DNA of 64,000 bases from Felis catus (lineage: Eukaryota): the NCBI RefSeq assembly GCF_018350175.1, contig NC_058369.1, positions 3,908,001 through 3,972,000 of the forward strand. Reading direction: 5' to 3'. The position numbers were made by a program, and so were the translations under genes. The notes below the pieces were generated by a model. The model had not been told where the DNA came from, ran no database searches, and saw nothing but the letters and a program-made list of their open reading frames with translations. This document shows, one piece after another, positions 49,099 to 62,244 of the stretch (position 1 is its first letter; each line of letters opens with the position of its first letter).

Positions 49099-49794
49099 TA
49101 GGCATGAGATCTTTGTGATCTCATTGAATGAACACACTTCATATGGGAGAATTGCATGGTGGGAAAATTATATCTCAATAAATTGTCATAAAAAAATCTT
49201 GGCTGTGCCACCGCTGCCTTGTGTGACCTTGAACAAACCACCTGTGTCTCCTTTTTCAACCTCACTTTCTTTGCCTTGAAATCAGGTATAACAAGCACCC
49301 TGACTTGGTCTTTTTGCAGGGGTCAACGGAGCCATGACAGAGGGAGTTATTTGGAGAAGTGTAAAGAAATAATTTAATCCAAATACCCACGAGGAGGGAA
49401 CAAGGTTGACTTAACCAGGTCCAACCCTGCCAGGGAGTAGTATACAGCTACGAAAAAGGATTTGGTAGGTAGCACGGAGCCACGGGGAAGCATCTCCAGG
49501 ATAATTTGCTAGTGACGAATGCAAGTGGAGAGCTTTGATTATCATGTTCTACTTTTTATTGAAGTTTTTAGCTTATTTTTCCATTATTTTAATATGGAGT
49601 GCATATATTTGCATGTTTATAAGCCCAGGTCAGCACCACCATCCACATTAGACAAGGAGGACTGATGGGTCCTTCAGATAATTGTTTCTTAAAGTGGCAT
49701 GTTTCTTTGTGGTGACAGAGAGTTGTGCATCTCAGTTGGGTTGGGGTCGCATAAAGCTGAATGTATGATAAAATGGTAAAGAATAACGCACACA

Positions 49795-49966
49795 GGGACA
49801 CCTGGGGTCCTGATCTCACGGTTGGTGAGGTCGAGCCCTGCCTCAGGCTCTGCACTGACATTGAGGAGCCTGCTTGAGATTCTCTCTCTCTCTCTCTCTC
49901 TCTCTCTGCCCCTCCCCTGCTCAGTCGAATGCCCACTCCTCTCTCTCAAAATTAATAAACTTTAAA
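49795..49966 (+). mobile_element. Can-SINE with internal deletion and (CT)n tract
   Basis: gggacacctgggg fused to gtcctgatctcacgg, (CT)n 49881-49907, A-rich tail. Confidence 0.8.
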
Positions 49967-50229
49967 CACACTCACACACAAGAACGAGGCCGCAGGCACG
50001 CCTACGTGTGAGTGCATGGAAACTTCAGAAATCTGAACGAGGTCGGCGGGCTGCAGAACGTCAGTTTCCTGACGGTGACCGTGTTCCATGATTTTGCAAG
50101 ATGTGACCCTTGGGAGAAGCTGGGTGAGGGGCCTCTGTACTACTCTCGCAACTCTTTGTGAAGCTATGATCATTTCCGAAGAAAAACGTTTGTAAAGGAG
50201 CGTACTGAAAGGCTGAGCAGCACCTCGCG

Positions 50230-50251
50230 GTGTGTGTGTGTGTGTGTGTGT
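50230..50251. repeat. (GT)n microsatellite
   Basis: Read directly. Confidence 0.9.
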
Positions 50252-52880
50252 CCCGGGTGGGGGGGTCTCCCGTGGCTGGGCGTGGGTGTGGCTTCCGGCG
50301 TTTGTGCCTGTCAACACTGCCTCCCTGGGGACCCGATGACAGTCTTCAGAACTGGCCTGTCATCTCCTACCGGCTGGTGCAGACAGGCCTCTTGTCTTAC
50401 CCGTTCTCGGGGACACACTCCTGGGTTTTCCACTGGGGGGTGCGGTGGGGGGCTGTGCTGGACGTTGTATCCAGGGTCCAAGGGACACGCCCGGCCGCGC
50501 CGTCCAGACCCAGACGCGAGCCTCGCCAAGCCAGAGTCCCCCACCCCCACTTTTGCCACAGGCCCCAAGCTTGGCCACCTGGATGTCCGGGGGGGGGGGG
50601 GGAGGGGGGGCGCACGGGGTGATTTTGGCGTCTTCACATCGAGCAGCAAAATGCACAGAATCGCTGACTTCCGAAGCCGTTCGCTTCTATGTTCCTTCCA
50701 GGGGAAAGTCTTAGGTGGGTGCCGGGTGGCCCCCGAAAGCCTGCCTGCTCCGGTTTGCTGCCCACCGTTCCCAGGAAGGAGAGCGCTGGGCTGGCTGGGA
50801 GTCCGTGCAGAGAAGGCGGGAGAACACAGGCCGGGGCTCCCAGGCCGTGGCTTCTCCGACGACGTGTGTTGATTTCGCCGCTGGCTTTTCCTTCCTCGTC
50901 TCCGTCAACTTCAGCCTTAGTCGCCGTTGACTTGCTAGTCGTGCTCGCCTTTGTGGGCGCCTTCCGTTTGGACTCGCGCGCAGCCCTGGCCCCAGAAGCA
51001 GGCGAGTGGGCCGAAAGAAATTACGAAGTAACCGGTGGTCAAGCGCTCCCGAGAGACTGCTGTCTGAGGAACACCGGAGGCCAATACGGGCTGAATTATC
51101 TTGTTGAAAGTTGGCGATGCCCCAGGTAGTACGGGCCTTCCTGAGACCCATTTTGCAGATAAGGAGACTGAGGCTCCGGGACATCACGGGCTCAGGGACA
51201 GGACTGGGGCAAAGACCAGCCTGACTGCAGAAGCTGTGACCTTTGCTTCCCGGACGGTGTTCCCTCCGGGCTTTTCCCCCCACCCCCCCGGCCTGTGCCT
51301 CCTGCCAGCCTTGCCCTCTCTGTCCCTTTCTGCCCCTATTCCCGCCCTCCCGACCCTTCCAGCCCTCAGCCCTCGGCCTTACTTACGACTCACTTCCTGA
51401 AGTCGCTTCGAAAGCCGGGCTGGGGCCCTGGGATGGCAGGGGGCCCATCAATCCGTCCACCCCACAGAGCCAAGCACGAGGCGGGGCTTGCTGAACACCT
51501 GCTGCGTGGGACCTCCCCTCTGTAGGAAAAGGGTTAACTCCCTTCATTTGCATACCATGCCCAGGTGCATCTTGGGAATAGACTGCGGCGCCGCTGCGGT
51601 GGGGTGGGGGCTAGTCCTGGGGCACCCGGACAGGTACTTGAAGGGGGAGGGCTTTCTTCCGGGCACAGACGGGAGGCTCCGGGCTGGCGCCTGTGGACGG
51701 GATGAGGCACCGGTCACCCTTACCGCTGTGGGATGGGCCAGAGTGACATCCTCCTCCCCACGGCGGGACTCTCGCAGGGGGGGGCGGGCACTCGGGGGAC
51801 GGTTTCGTCCCGGAAGGTTATGAGTCAGCCCTCAGCCAGTGTTTGGGTCTAGTGGTGCCTCCTGTCAAAAGGCGAGCGAGGGGCAGCCGGTGGCAAGGCA
51901 GCCCCACCTGCGGGGGCCGCTGTCCCTGTCGCAGGGTTGGCCTTTGGTTGACCTTCCTGGGGCGGTGCCCCGCGCCCAGTCGCTCCTTGGCACCCAGTAG
52001 GTCCTTGGTGGACGTGATGGTGTCGTCGGCTCACCTCCCGGCGGAAACCGGGCTCCAGGCGGGAGCGGGGGGCGTGACGCGCGGTGGGCAGTCTCGCGGG
52101 GGGCTGCGCTTGGCCCTTCCCCCGCCCCCCCAGCTCCCACCCGACCACGCGGCGAGGCGAGTGGGATCGTCCTGGCAGCGGCGATGTCGCGCAGGATAAA
52201 ACGGGAAGTGCTAAATAAATCCGCTCGCCTGCGTCCCAGTTACCCGTGCAGCTCCTCTCCCGGTGCCTGGCACTTGGGGGGCCCTTGAGGGGGGCGCTTT
52301 TCCTGTGCCCGAGGGACTCGAAGAGGCTGCAGCGTCGCAGGTGCGGCGCCTGGCCCCCACCCCCCACCCCAGCCTATGGCCACCGTCTTTGTCCCCCAAT
52401 ATTGTCATGACTTTCCTCGGAACACACACACACACAACTGAAAGATTGGGACGTTCCGGAGCCGGGAGCGGGTAGCCCAGGGGAGGGGGGCAGGTGACAG
52501 ACGCAAGACCTCAGGGACGTTTCATCTGACGGGCACCTGGCTGGGGGGGGGGGGGGGGGCTGCGGGCTTCCCGTGCAGCCGAGCAGCAGGAATCGTCTTC
52601 ATGGGGTAAAACTGATGTTTTCTGCCCTTTTTACAGCAGAGCAAACCGAGGCTCGGAGGGGGTGGCGGTGCCCGGAGGCTCGCATGCTTGGGAGACGCAG
52701 GGCTGGGCTTTGGGCCCCGCGGCCCCCGAGCTCATTCCCTGATTCGTCCTTGCATCTGACAGATGCTTCCTGGGGGACACCTACTGTGGGCCAGGCCCTG
52801 GGGACACAGCAGGGGACAAAACAGGCAACACCCCCTGGCCGTCGTGTTACTAGGAGAGACAGATACATCGGGCAGATAAA

Positions 52881-52940
52881 TGTACGGTGGGAAGTTCTAG
52901 GGCGGAGGGTTGTACGGTGGGAAGTTCTAGGGCGGAGGGT
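52881..52940. repeat. Perfect 30-bp tandem duplication
   Basis: tgtacggtgggaagttctagggcggagggt x2. Confidence 0.97.
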
Positions 52941-55838
52941 GGGGCAGGAAAGGGGAAGGGTTTTAAACAGGGGCGTTAGGGCAGGTCTCGTTATGATGGG
53001 TGAACGGAGGCCTGAAGGCAGTGGGTGAAGAACGTCCCAGGCTGTGGGCACAGCCACGCAAAGGTCCTGGGGCAGGGCAGGGCCAAGCATGTTGGAGGAG
53101 GAGGCCCTTGTGGCTGTAGCAGAGTGACAGAGGGCAGGGAGGGCCAGGGAAGGCCGCGCAGGGCTTTGGGGGCTTTTACCTCTTGCTTTAACCTCAGAGA
53201 GGAGGGCGTCCCTGAGGGCTGAGGGTAGAGGAGGGCGGCCCCTGACTGAGCTGCTCACGGGCGCCCTCTGGCTGCTGAGGGGGAGGATGACGGGGCCGGG
53301 GAGGGAGAGCGGGAGCCGGGGACCAGCGTGGAGGGGACCGCGCGGGCCCAGGTGCTGCCGCCTGCCCAGGACCCGGCCTGTGGCGTGTACCCGCCGGGGG
53401 GAGGGGCGCCCACAGCCCCCCGAGTTCTCTGGCTCCCGCCGCTGATGCCCCAGGTTGAGGTGTTCGAGCCCCCATGACTGAGTGAAGGGGCGCCTACTCC
53501 ATCCCGGAGCACTTGAGCAGGAGTCCCCAGAGGGCGGAGCTGGGGACACTGGTGGCATCGCCCCTAGAGGCCTGTCAGACGCTGCCAGCCACTCCCAGTG
53601 TGTCCCAGACCCCGCCAAGGCCCCAGTGACAACCACGGCCCCCCGCTGATGACCCGAGTTAGAGATGTCACCAGAAATAGCATTTTCTGAGCACTACCTG
53701 TTCCAGATGCTGTTCCTGATGCTTCCCGGGGCCCCCTCGCAGCCCCAGGAGGGCTGTGCTGTTATGACCCCATTTTATAGGCGAGACACAGACAGGTTGA
53801 GGGCCGGCGCAGGCCCACACAGCAGACCTGGAATTGGAAACCAGGTCTTGGTGACACTGAGTGAACTGAGCCCAGGCAGCCCCGGGGTCACAGGTGGGCC
53901 CCCTCTGCGCCCCGCACCACAGGCCCCCGGAAAGTCGAGGGGTGCGAGGAGGACAGTGGATTTTCCAGAGCGGAAATCCCTCTCTGACATAGCTGGCCTT
54001 ACACACCTCTAGCGATGGGACCCTCACTCCCTACATGGGAGAGCCACCTTCGTTTGGGGCATTGCTAAGAGTCATTTTCCTTTAATCTGGCCGGTCTACA
54101 CCTTGTCCCTGGCCCTGGTCCTGCTGCCTGGAGGGTGCTCCGAAAGTCCCCCCTCCTCCCCAGCCCTTCCTTCCTCTCCCCCCTCCTCCCTCCCCTTCCC
54201 CCCTTTCTCTCCTCCTCCAGGCAGCCCTTCTGATTTTCTTCTAAGGACCAGGATGGGAGACCAGATGAATCCCTGGTTTTGGAGTCACACGCTTGCCACT
54301 GGGCAGCTCTGTGGCCCCAGACAAGCCACGTCGTCTCTCTGAGCCTCAGTTTCCTCGCTATTAAAGACAGGCCGATATTCCCTGTCTTGGTTGCTCCCGC
54401 GGCCCCAGCAGCCAACTCGGGGCCCGGCAAACAGCAGGTGCTCAATAAATGTTCGTCAAGTGAATGTTTTCCCCTTTCAATTGATGATTCCTCCCATGCC
54501 CCAAACCCGACCCTTCTCAAGAGCATCCTAGGACTCCACAGAGCGACTCCCCGTCCCCAGGACCCGCAAGGCCCAGCCAACCTCTCTCTGCCCTGTCTTC
54601 TTCTCCACGATGAGCTCCTTCCTGACTCACAGCCTTCGCACATGCCGTTCCCTCTGCCAGGAATGCTCTTCCCGAGCGCTCGGCTGTCCCTCCTTTGCCG
54701 GGTAGCTGTGGCCCTCCCGGCTTCCTGCCTCCTGGAACAGTTCGTGTTTAGATCATTAAGTGTGAGAGCTAATTGTGGAATTAACTGCGTAACATCTGTC
54801 TTCCCCTGCATCCTGCGAGCCTCGAGGGCGGGGCTTTTTATCGGCTTGTTCACACTTGTGTCCCCAGCCCCTAGGGCTCCGCCTGACACACATCGAGTAC
54901 TCAATAAATACTTGGGAATGAAAAAACTGAAAGACACGTGTTATGCCCAGTTCCTCCGGCTTCTTACCCGCTCTCCGGTTTATCCGAGTTTTCTGAATTG
55001 AACACCGTCCCCTCCCGGTGAGATTCCCAGCAGAGAACGTGGCACAGTCACCTCCCTATTTTTACCCTCCATACTCCTGTTAATACAATCAAACTGTTCT
55101 CACTCCTCCCCCCACCCCCACCCTGCCCCGTTTCCTGCTTTTCTCGTTCGGGAGACGAAAACGTTAAAATGTGTTGACGTAGTCGGAAGTGTTTTAAGCC
55201 TTTAGACAATTCAGACCCGAGAATCAAGTGATGGCAGAGGAGAAAAAAAAAAAAATTCTTGTTTATTAGGAGGAGAAAGAAAATGCCGTTTCCATGAGAC
55301 TGAGGCTCGTTCACGCCGGAATATAAAGATAGACACTTCCTGTCCTCGACACGCAAACTTCACCCGCAGCTGTGGGCGCCAGGCCCCCGAGGGACGCTGG
55401 GGAAAGGTGGCCGCAAAGAAAATGTAATTGCTGCGGAGTCAAAGCCCTACGTGTTCGCGGAGCCATGCCGAGACCGAATGAAGGTCGCAGAGGATGTGGG
55501 ACGTTGTGGGAAGGGATTTGTCCTTGGTGCCCTCCCAGGAGGTCGGAAGGGCAGGGGCACAGCCCCCCACAGTCGGAAGGGGCCCTCACGTCCTGTCGTC
55601 AGTTATGCACGGGGTCTTGTCTCCATCACGGTCTTGCACGGATGTGTATCGTCTGGTGAAAACCTGGGTGCTTAGCTCTGTGAGCTTGGGCAGTCCACAC
55701 GCCTTCCCTGTGCCTCAGTTTCCCCATATGCCACATATGGATGATGTTTACTGTTGAAATTTTAATATTCGCTATGATTCCTCGGTGTTATTATTAGCTC
55801 TACTTATGGTCTTATTGTTGCTTTGAAATTAAAAAAAA

Positions 55839-56047
55839 TTTTTTTAGTGTTTATTTATTTTTGAGAGAGAGAGAGAGAGAGCGTGAACAGGGGAGGAGCA
55901 GAGAGAGAGGGAGACACAGAATCCAAAGCGGGCTCCAGGCTCTGAGCTGTCAGCACAGAGCCCGACGCGGGGCTCGAACCCACGAACCGCGAGATCATGA
56001 ATTGAGCTGAAGTGGCCGCTTAACCGACTGAGCCACCCAGGCGCCCC
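55839..56047 (-). mobile_element. Can-SINE
   Basis: Near-consensus reverse copy with (GA)n tract. Confidence 0.93.
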
Positions 56048-59000
56048 TACAGTTGCTTTTCTAATACCTTTTCTGGGGTGTCTGCCCGGCCCCTGACCCG
56101 TCGAACTGCCCCTGACCTGCTGCCCCGGGAACACACTGCCCCCAGCCTTGCCCACCGTGTGACCCCCACCCTCCTGTCTCAACAGATTGGACCAGGGGCC
56201 CAGGCTGAGCCAATGGGATTATTTGCTCCGGGAGTTTAGAGAGAGCCTCCCAGACACTGCCGACCACGCCCTGCCTTGCGGGAGGGACAAGCAAAGCAAA
56301 GCACAAAGAAGGAATGAAAAGCTCAGAGACACGATGGAATTGGAGGTGTCGGGGAGACTCTAGCCAGGGTGGCTGGGGGCGGGAGAGCTCTCTCAAGAGC
56401 TAAGAGATGCCATGGTGGGCACAGAGGACAGCAAGGACAAAAGTAGGACCGGGAGTTTAGATTTCATCCTCGGGGTAATGAAAAGAAACTGAAGGGATTT
56501 TTTTTTTTTTTTTTAAACAGGGAAAGGAATGCATTTTGTGACCTAAAAATTTGTCAGTCTGGAAGACGAAGGAAGGAGCCATGTTTCCTGGAAAGAGGAG
56601 TCAGCCTGTGTTTACCCCACAACTCCAACTGCACACCTGCTCACTGATGGGAAGTTGCTGCTCGGGGGCTGTGTGGAGAGAGGTTCTGAGCCTGCGTCCC
56701 GGTTCTGCAGTGGAAAGAGATGCGGCAGTCCATTAGTGATGCCTGGATTCTGTCTCCTGGGGAAAGAGGTCTGTCGTTGATTGGTGATGCCTGTCATGGC
56801 AGCTGCATTGCCTACGGGGGTCTGTGTGCTAGGAGCGAAGGGGCACTTCTGCCCACAGAAAGGCCTTCACACCTTCCTGGAAAGGGCAACGGGATAGATT
56901 CCGGACTCAGACAGATCAGGGTTCAAGGGCTGGCCGGACGGCTTCTCCCTTGAGCCGACTTGAGGCAAGTTGCTTCCCTGTCACCGGATCGCATTCCCTC
57001 CTCTGCAGAGAAAGAACAGAGGTCTGGCCCTCGTGGGGTTGTTGTGCGGAACTGCACGAAGCGGTCCGTGTGGCCCGCCCGGCCCGCCCGGCCCGCCACG
57101 GGGCTCGGCTGCGGCTGACGTCGGCCTCCCCAGACCCCCCTTGCCGCAGCCCAGGGTCTGAGACCAAATCAGTTTCATCTCCAGACCCAGCTCGGGGCTG
57201 GTTCCAACTCTGCCCTCCAGGCCTGGCAGATACCCTCGGCTGCACCTTGCACCTGGGTTCTGTCTCCAGAACTGCCAGAGCCTCGGCGGCCACCACCCGA
57301 TGTCATGCCCCCACCTGGTGGCAGGCGCACATGAAACAAAGGGGGGCCCAGGGACAGATGGGCCTTGGACTCCACTGTGTGTGTGGGCGTGGGGGGGGGG
57401 GGGCTCACACCTGGCCTCCGCTCGCTTCCCACCCCCCACCCTGGGCCAGCCAGGGAGGGTGCTCCCTGCCAACCTGAGTGGGGACTGTCCCTGTCTACGC
57501 CTGACCGCCTCCCAGCTCCTGGCCTGCCGTCCCATCATCAGTGTTTATGTGTGCAGGTGGCCGGGACCACTTTGCCGCCTCTGCTGCTTGGCACGGACTG
57601 GAGGGATCTTGGGGGGACTGTGAAGAGGGGGACCCCTCAGAAGCACCTTGCGGGAGCCTGACCCAGGGTGACTTGGGAAAGCAGTGCGTGTGGAGCTCAG
57701 GGGAGAGTTGGGACAACCGGGGGACCAGAAGGCGGAGGCGGCCTCTTCCAGCTCCCCGCCCCCACCCCCACCCCCACCCCCCCAGCCCGGCCCCTTGACT
57801 CCCGCTCCCACCTGCCGCCTGGACTGTCTCCACTCAGCAGCCAGAGAGAACATTTCAGAGCTCAAAGCCTACGCTGCCCTGCTCTGCCTGGATCCATCTA
57901 TGGCTGCCATCGTCTCCGAGACTTCACTGCCTAGGAGGCTCCCCCAGCCCCTGAGACAGCCTCTTCCTCTCTGTGCCGCTCGCCTACCCTGTCTGGTCCT
58001 CTTTCCGTGCTAAGCTCTGAACTCGCCAAACTCGCTCTGTGTCCTCACGTGGGCCATCTCTGGTCTCACCTCTAGACGTCTGCATACGCCGTTCCTTCTC
58101 CCCAAACGCTCTTCCTTCCCCTCCGTACCCGGCCGGCTCTTCAACCTTCAGGCCTCAGCTCCGATGCCGCCCCTCCGTGGAAGCGCCCTCGATGCAGTTC
58201 CCCCCGGGGTGGGCCGGATGTCCTCGCCCGGGGCTCCCGACAGCTGCCCGTGGGTCTGCCGTCGGAGCTCTGATTGTCCCTCGTGTCCCCTGCTCACACG
58301 TGCCGTCTCAGTGACATTCGCCTTGGAGTCGCTTCCCCGAGGGTCCCCCTGACTCAGACGCAGACCTGCGGCTGAGGGAAGCCGATGCTTTGTGGCAACT
58401 GAACCTGGGTCCGCCTGCCAGGCGTGGGTTCAGGTCCCGCCGTGGCGCCCACGTGCCGTGTGACTTCGCATCTGCGGTTCCAGCTCTCGCGGATTGTTTC
58501 CTCACCTGCAGGAAGGGCTTGTTCAGTGAACAACTGCGGAACGAATGAACGGATGAATGAGTGAGGGAATTGTACCCGTCAGCCTGTTCGACACACGGCA
58601 GCCAGGGTTTCCTTAGAACTTGACTCAGAAGGTCAAGTCACTCCTTCCCTTCCCTGGCCTCACCTCTTCCCTCTCCCCGGCCCCCCCCCCGCCCCCACCA
58701 CCTTGCTCATTCTGATCCGGCTACCCAAGCCTCCTCACTGCTCCTGCAACACGCCAGGCATGGTCCTGCCCCAGGACCTTTGCACGTGCTGTGTCAGCCT
58801 GGCCCAGTTTCCAAGAGTCTTGGCTGGACTCCCAGCTTCTTATCACTGAGCCCTCAGCCTACATGTCACCTCCACGGAGAAGCCTTCCTTGATCGCCCTG
58901 GGAACACGCCCGGTTGTTTCCCGCCCGTATTCATTTCCTTCTTAGCTCCAACCCCCCCCCCCGTCCGCTAAAAATCCCCGCGTTTGTCAGCGATCATCTT

Positions 59001-59599
59001 GCTGTTTAATACCCGTCTCTCCCGTGTCACCTCGGGCAAGTCCCTGCCTTCCTCTGCGCCTTAGTTTGCTGGTTTGTCAAAAGGGGTGGGGTATGAGCCA
59101 CGAGACGGTGAGCCCCCAACTGGCCATCTTGTTCTGTGCTGTGTCCCAGCACCTAGAACAGCGCTCGGCGCACGGTAGGTGCCCGGGACGTAAAAGGATC
59201 CGTGGAGAAACCCCCCCCCACCCCTGCAAACTTCCAGCCTGCTTCCCCCACTAGTTTTCCCCCTCCCCCCCCACCCCCCATTCAGCCAGCCAGCGGACCC
59301 TCTGGAGCAGGACAGAAGGACTAGGCACTTCCGAACTTCCCAGGAGGACGAACACTAATTAAGCACTTACTGTGTACCTGGCCCCTTTCCAAGCCCTTTA
59401 TCAGTCTCCACATTCACTTCTCCCACCGTCGTACGGGGTGAGAAGGAACATGAACCCCACGTTCCGGGCAGGAAAACTGACGCGCTCAGAGAAGGAAAGC
59501 CTTCCGGAGGCGCGGGGCTGGAAAGGACGCGTGGAACAGTGTCGTCTGCAGAAAGCAGGAGGGAAAATGCTGACGACGTAACTGTCCGTCCCCGGGGAC

Positions 59600-60160
59600 C
59601 GGCTCCAACAGTCTGGCTTTCATAGCCCCCAAAGCGTTGCCGACAGGTGTTCCAACAAAAACTTGTGCGCGCCTGTTCTGAGCGGCGGGACCTCGGGTCG
59701 CGGAAAGGTGGAGACGACCCATTAAATGTCCATCGACAGATGACTGGACAAACACGACGCGGTCCATCCGTGCACTGGAATATTATTCATCCTTAAAAAG
59801 GAAGGGAACTCTGCCACCGGCCACCGCGGGGATGAACCCCAAAAATATTGTAAGTAAGCCAGACGCCCAGGGGGTCCCCAGAGGAGTCCCGTTCACAGAG
59901 ACAGAGTGGACGGTGGGAGCCAGGGGTGGGGCAGGGGGCGGGGAGTCCGCGTTTCATGGGGACAGAGTCTCAGTTCTGGGAGATGGAAAGTTCTGGAGGC
60001 GGGTGGGGGGGGTGGGGCTGCACGACAGTGTGCTTGTGCTTAACTGAGCTGCACCCTTAAAAATGGTTAAGGTAAAAAATAAATAAATTAAAAAATAAAA
60101 ATAAACTTTAAACAATGGTTAAGGCGGTGACTTTTATAAGGTGTGTGTTTTAGCCCAATA
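59600..60160 (+). mobile_element. Old LINE-1 3' end (L1M-type)
   Basis: aaatgtccatcgacagatga...ggaatattattcatccttaaaaaggaag and gatggaaagttctggag...aaaatggttaag are typical of L1M 3' UTRs (recalled). Confidence 0.8.
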
Positions 60161-60248
60161 AAGGAAAAAAAGCCTGGTTGGTTCTCTCGGAGGGGCGGCG
60201 GGATGTTGCCAAAAAGGAAGAATCCGCTTACCAACAAGAGATTCTCTC

Positions 60249-60416
60249 GGGGCGCCTGGGCGGCTCCTTGGTTAAGCCTCCGACTCTTGGTTTTGTCTCA
60301 GGTCACGATCTCACGGTTCGTGGGATCGAGCCCCGCGTCCGGCTCTGCGCGGACAGCGTGGAGGCTGCTTGGGATTCTCTCTCTCCCTCTCTCTGCCCCT
60401 CCCCTGCGCGCGTGCA

Positions 60417-60450
<34 letters not shown>
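60249..60450 (+). mobile_element. Can-SINE ending in a (GC)/(CA)n tract
   Basis: ggggcgcctgggcggctc head, B box, then gcgcgcgtgcacgcg(ca)n. Confidence 0.85.
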
Positions 60451-60451
<1 letters not shown>

Positions 60452-62244
60452 TTGAAGAAAGCAGGTAGGGAAGGAAAATACACAGGCCCTTGTGCGTGCA
60501 CACGCGGTTTTGAAGGGAACATAGAGGACCCGTAACAATGGCTGCCTCCGGGGATGGGCGCTGAGTGGCTGGGGCCAGTGTGGGGAGGGGAGGAGGATTG
60601 TTTTCGCTCACCCTGTGCGTTGCTTTCGGAGTCCAAGAGGCAGAAAAGCATGACGGTAAAAAGCCCAGCTCTGCCTTTGACCGGCTGTGTGACTTCGGGC
60701 AAGTCACTTAACCTCTCTGTGCCTCGGTGTCCCCACCTACAAAACAGGAGTGGTGAGGGCCGTTCAGGTGAGGACAGAATGAATTAACACCAGGCAGGGG
60801 CTGAAAATAGAGCCCGGCACACGGCAGGTGCCACCCAAGCATTGCTCTTGACCTGTGCACCCCTGTTCCATTTTTACCAATCCAAACAAAGAAATATCTA
60901 AGACTAAATTTTTTGAGCATTGAATGAATGGCGCGTGGAGAGCGTCTGGCACCCAGCTCACGGCCGGCATCTGCCATCCCCGACCTGGTGAGCTCACCCC
61001 TTCTCCTCCCTGCTCCTACCCTCAGCCCCCAGGGACCCAGCCTCAGAGCAAGTGACGCAACTTGGGGAAACGGAGTCCCTCTGGCCACAGGCGCTCCTGC
61101 GACACCTCGCCTGCATGGGGTGTTGCAGGGGAGAGGGGGGGCTCTCCTCGCATTTTGTTCTCAGGGGAGGGTTGAAGGTGGGAATCAGCTCCCACTTGCC
61201 TTCATTAGCGTCTTGAAGGAGCTGGTTGCTGCGGCCTGGGGTGGAGCCCGGCCCAGGGCGCCCCGGGAGGAACCCCATTCACCCTGGCACCACCGCCTGG
61301 CCTGCCCACTCAGCCTCTGGGCTCAGCTTCACCTGGGTTCTCCTCCAGACTTTTCTTCTCGCCGTGGGCCCCTCTTCTCTTCTGTGAGTTAGGGCTAATA
61401 AAAACGTCTCCTTTCCAGGGCTTTTGGAGTATCGTTGCGGTTATTAATTATTTCATTGGGAGAAAGTGGTTTTAAATATGACCCCACTTGTGATCCCCGA
61501 ACTATTTCTATGCATAGAAACATGTGTGAAGCACACACGCCACAATGTCAGGAGTGGTTATGTCTGCGAGCTTCAATATAAACAATAAGTATTATGAATG
61601 TTTTTTATCATCATTATTATATAATAACTTAAATAACACTTGTAATTTGCTTATTAAATAACAACTTAATAATAATGCTTATTAAGCAGCTACTATGTGC
61701 TACGTGCTTTAGATGCTGAACTCATCTAGTCTGGAGGTGGGGTGTGATGGTGACCCCATTGTACAGACAAAGAAACCGAGGCCCAGAGAGAGGATCTGGC
61801 TTAAGGTCACACAGCATGGCAGGACAGAGCTGGGACAAGGCGCCTCTGCGAGGTACCCACTTCCCCGACGTATCCAATTCTGTCCCCTGCCCCCTGAAGG
61901 GATTTTTTTTCAGCTTATGTGAATGCTGTGGGCCCCAAAACTTGAACCCCAGAACCGTTCCTTCAGAGAAGGGCTCAGTTGGAGGGAGCTCTGCCCAACC
62001 CTGAGCACAGCCCACAGCCAGGGGGCAGGAGGGGACAGCTTGTCTGGCTCTGATCCATTCAACAAACTCAGGGTGATGATGGTGGGCAAGGCAATGGGGG
62101 AGGGAAGCATGGAGGCAAATCTTAGCATTCCTTTGAGGATCTCAGGAGAACAAGAGGGGGCAGGGGAGGGAGCAGGACAGGCCTGGAGGTTGAGCAGACC
62201 ATAGGACGCAGCATGTGTAGACACTGAAGTGATGGGCGAAAGAA

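Noticed and set aside
52599..54937. 345-, 290- and 240-aa ORFs
   Set aside because: They overlap L2/MIR remnants and show no recognisable domain; long chance ORFs are expected at this GC content.
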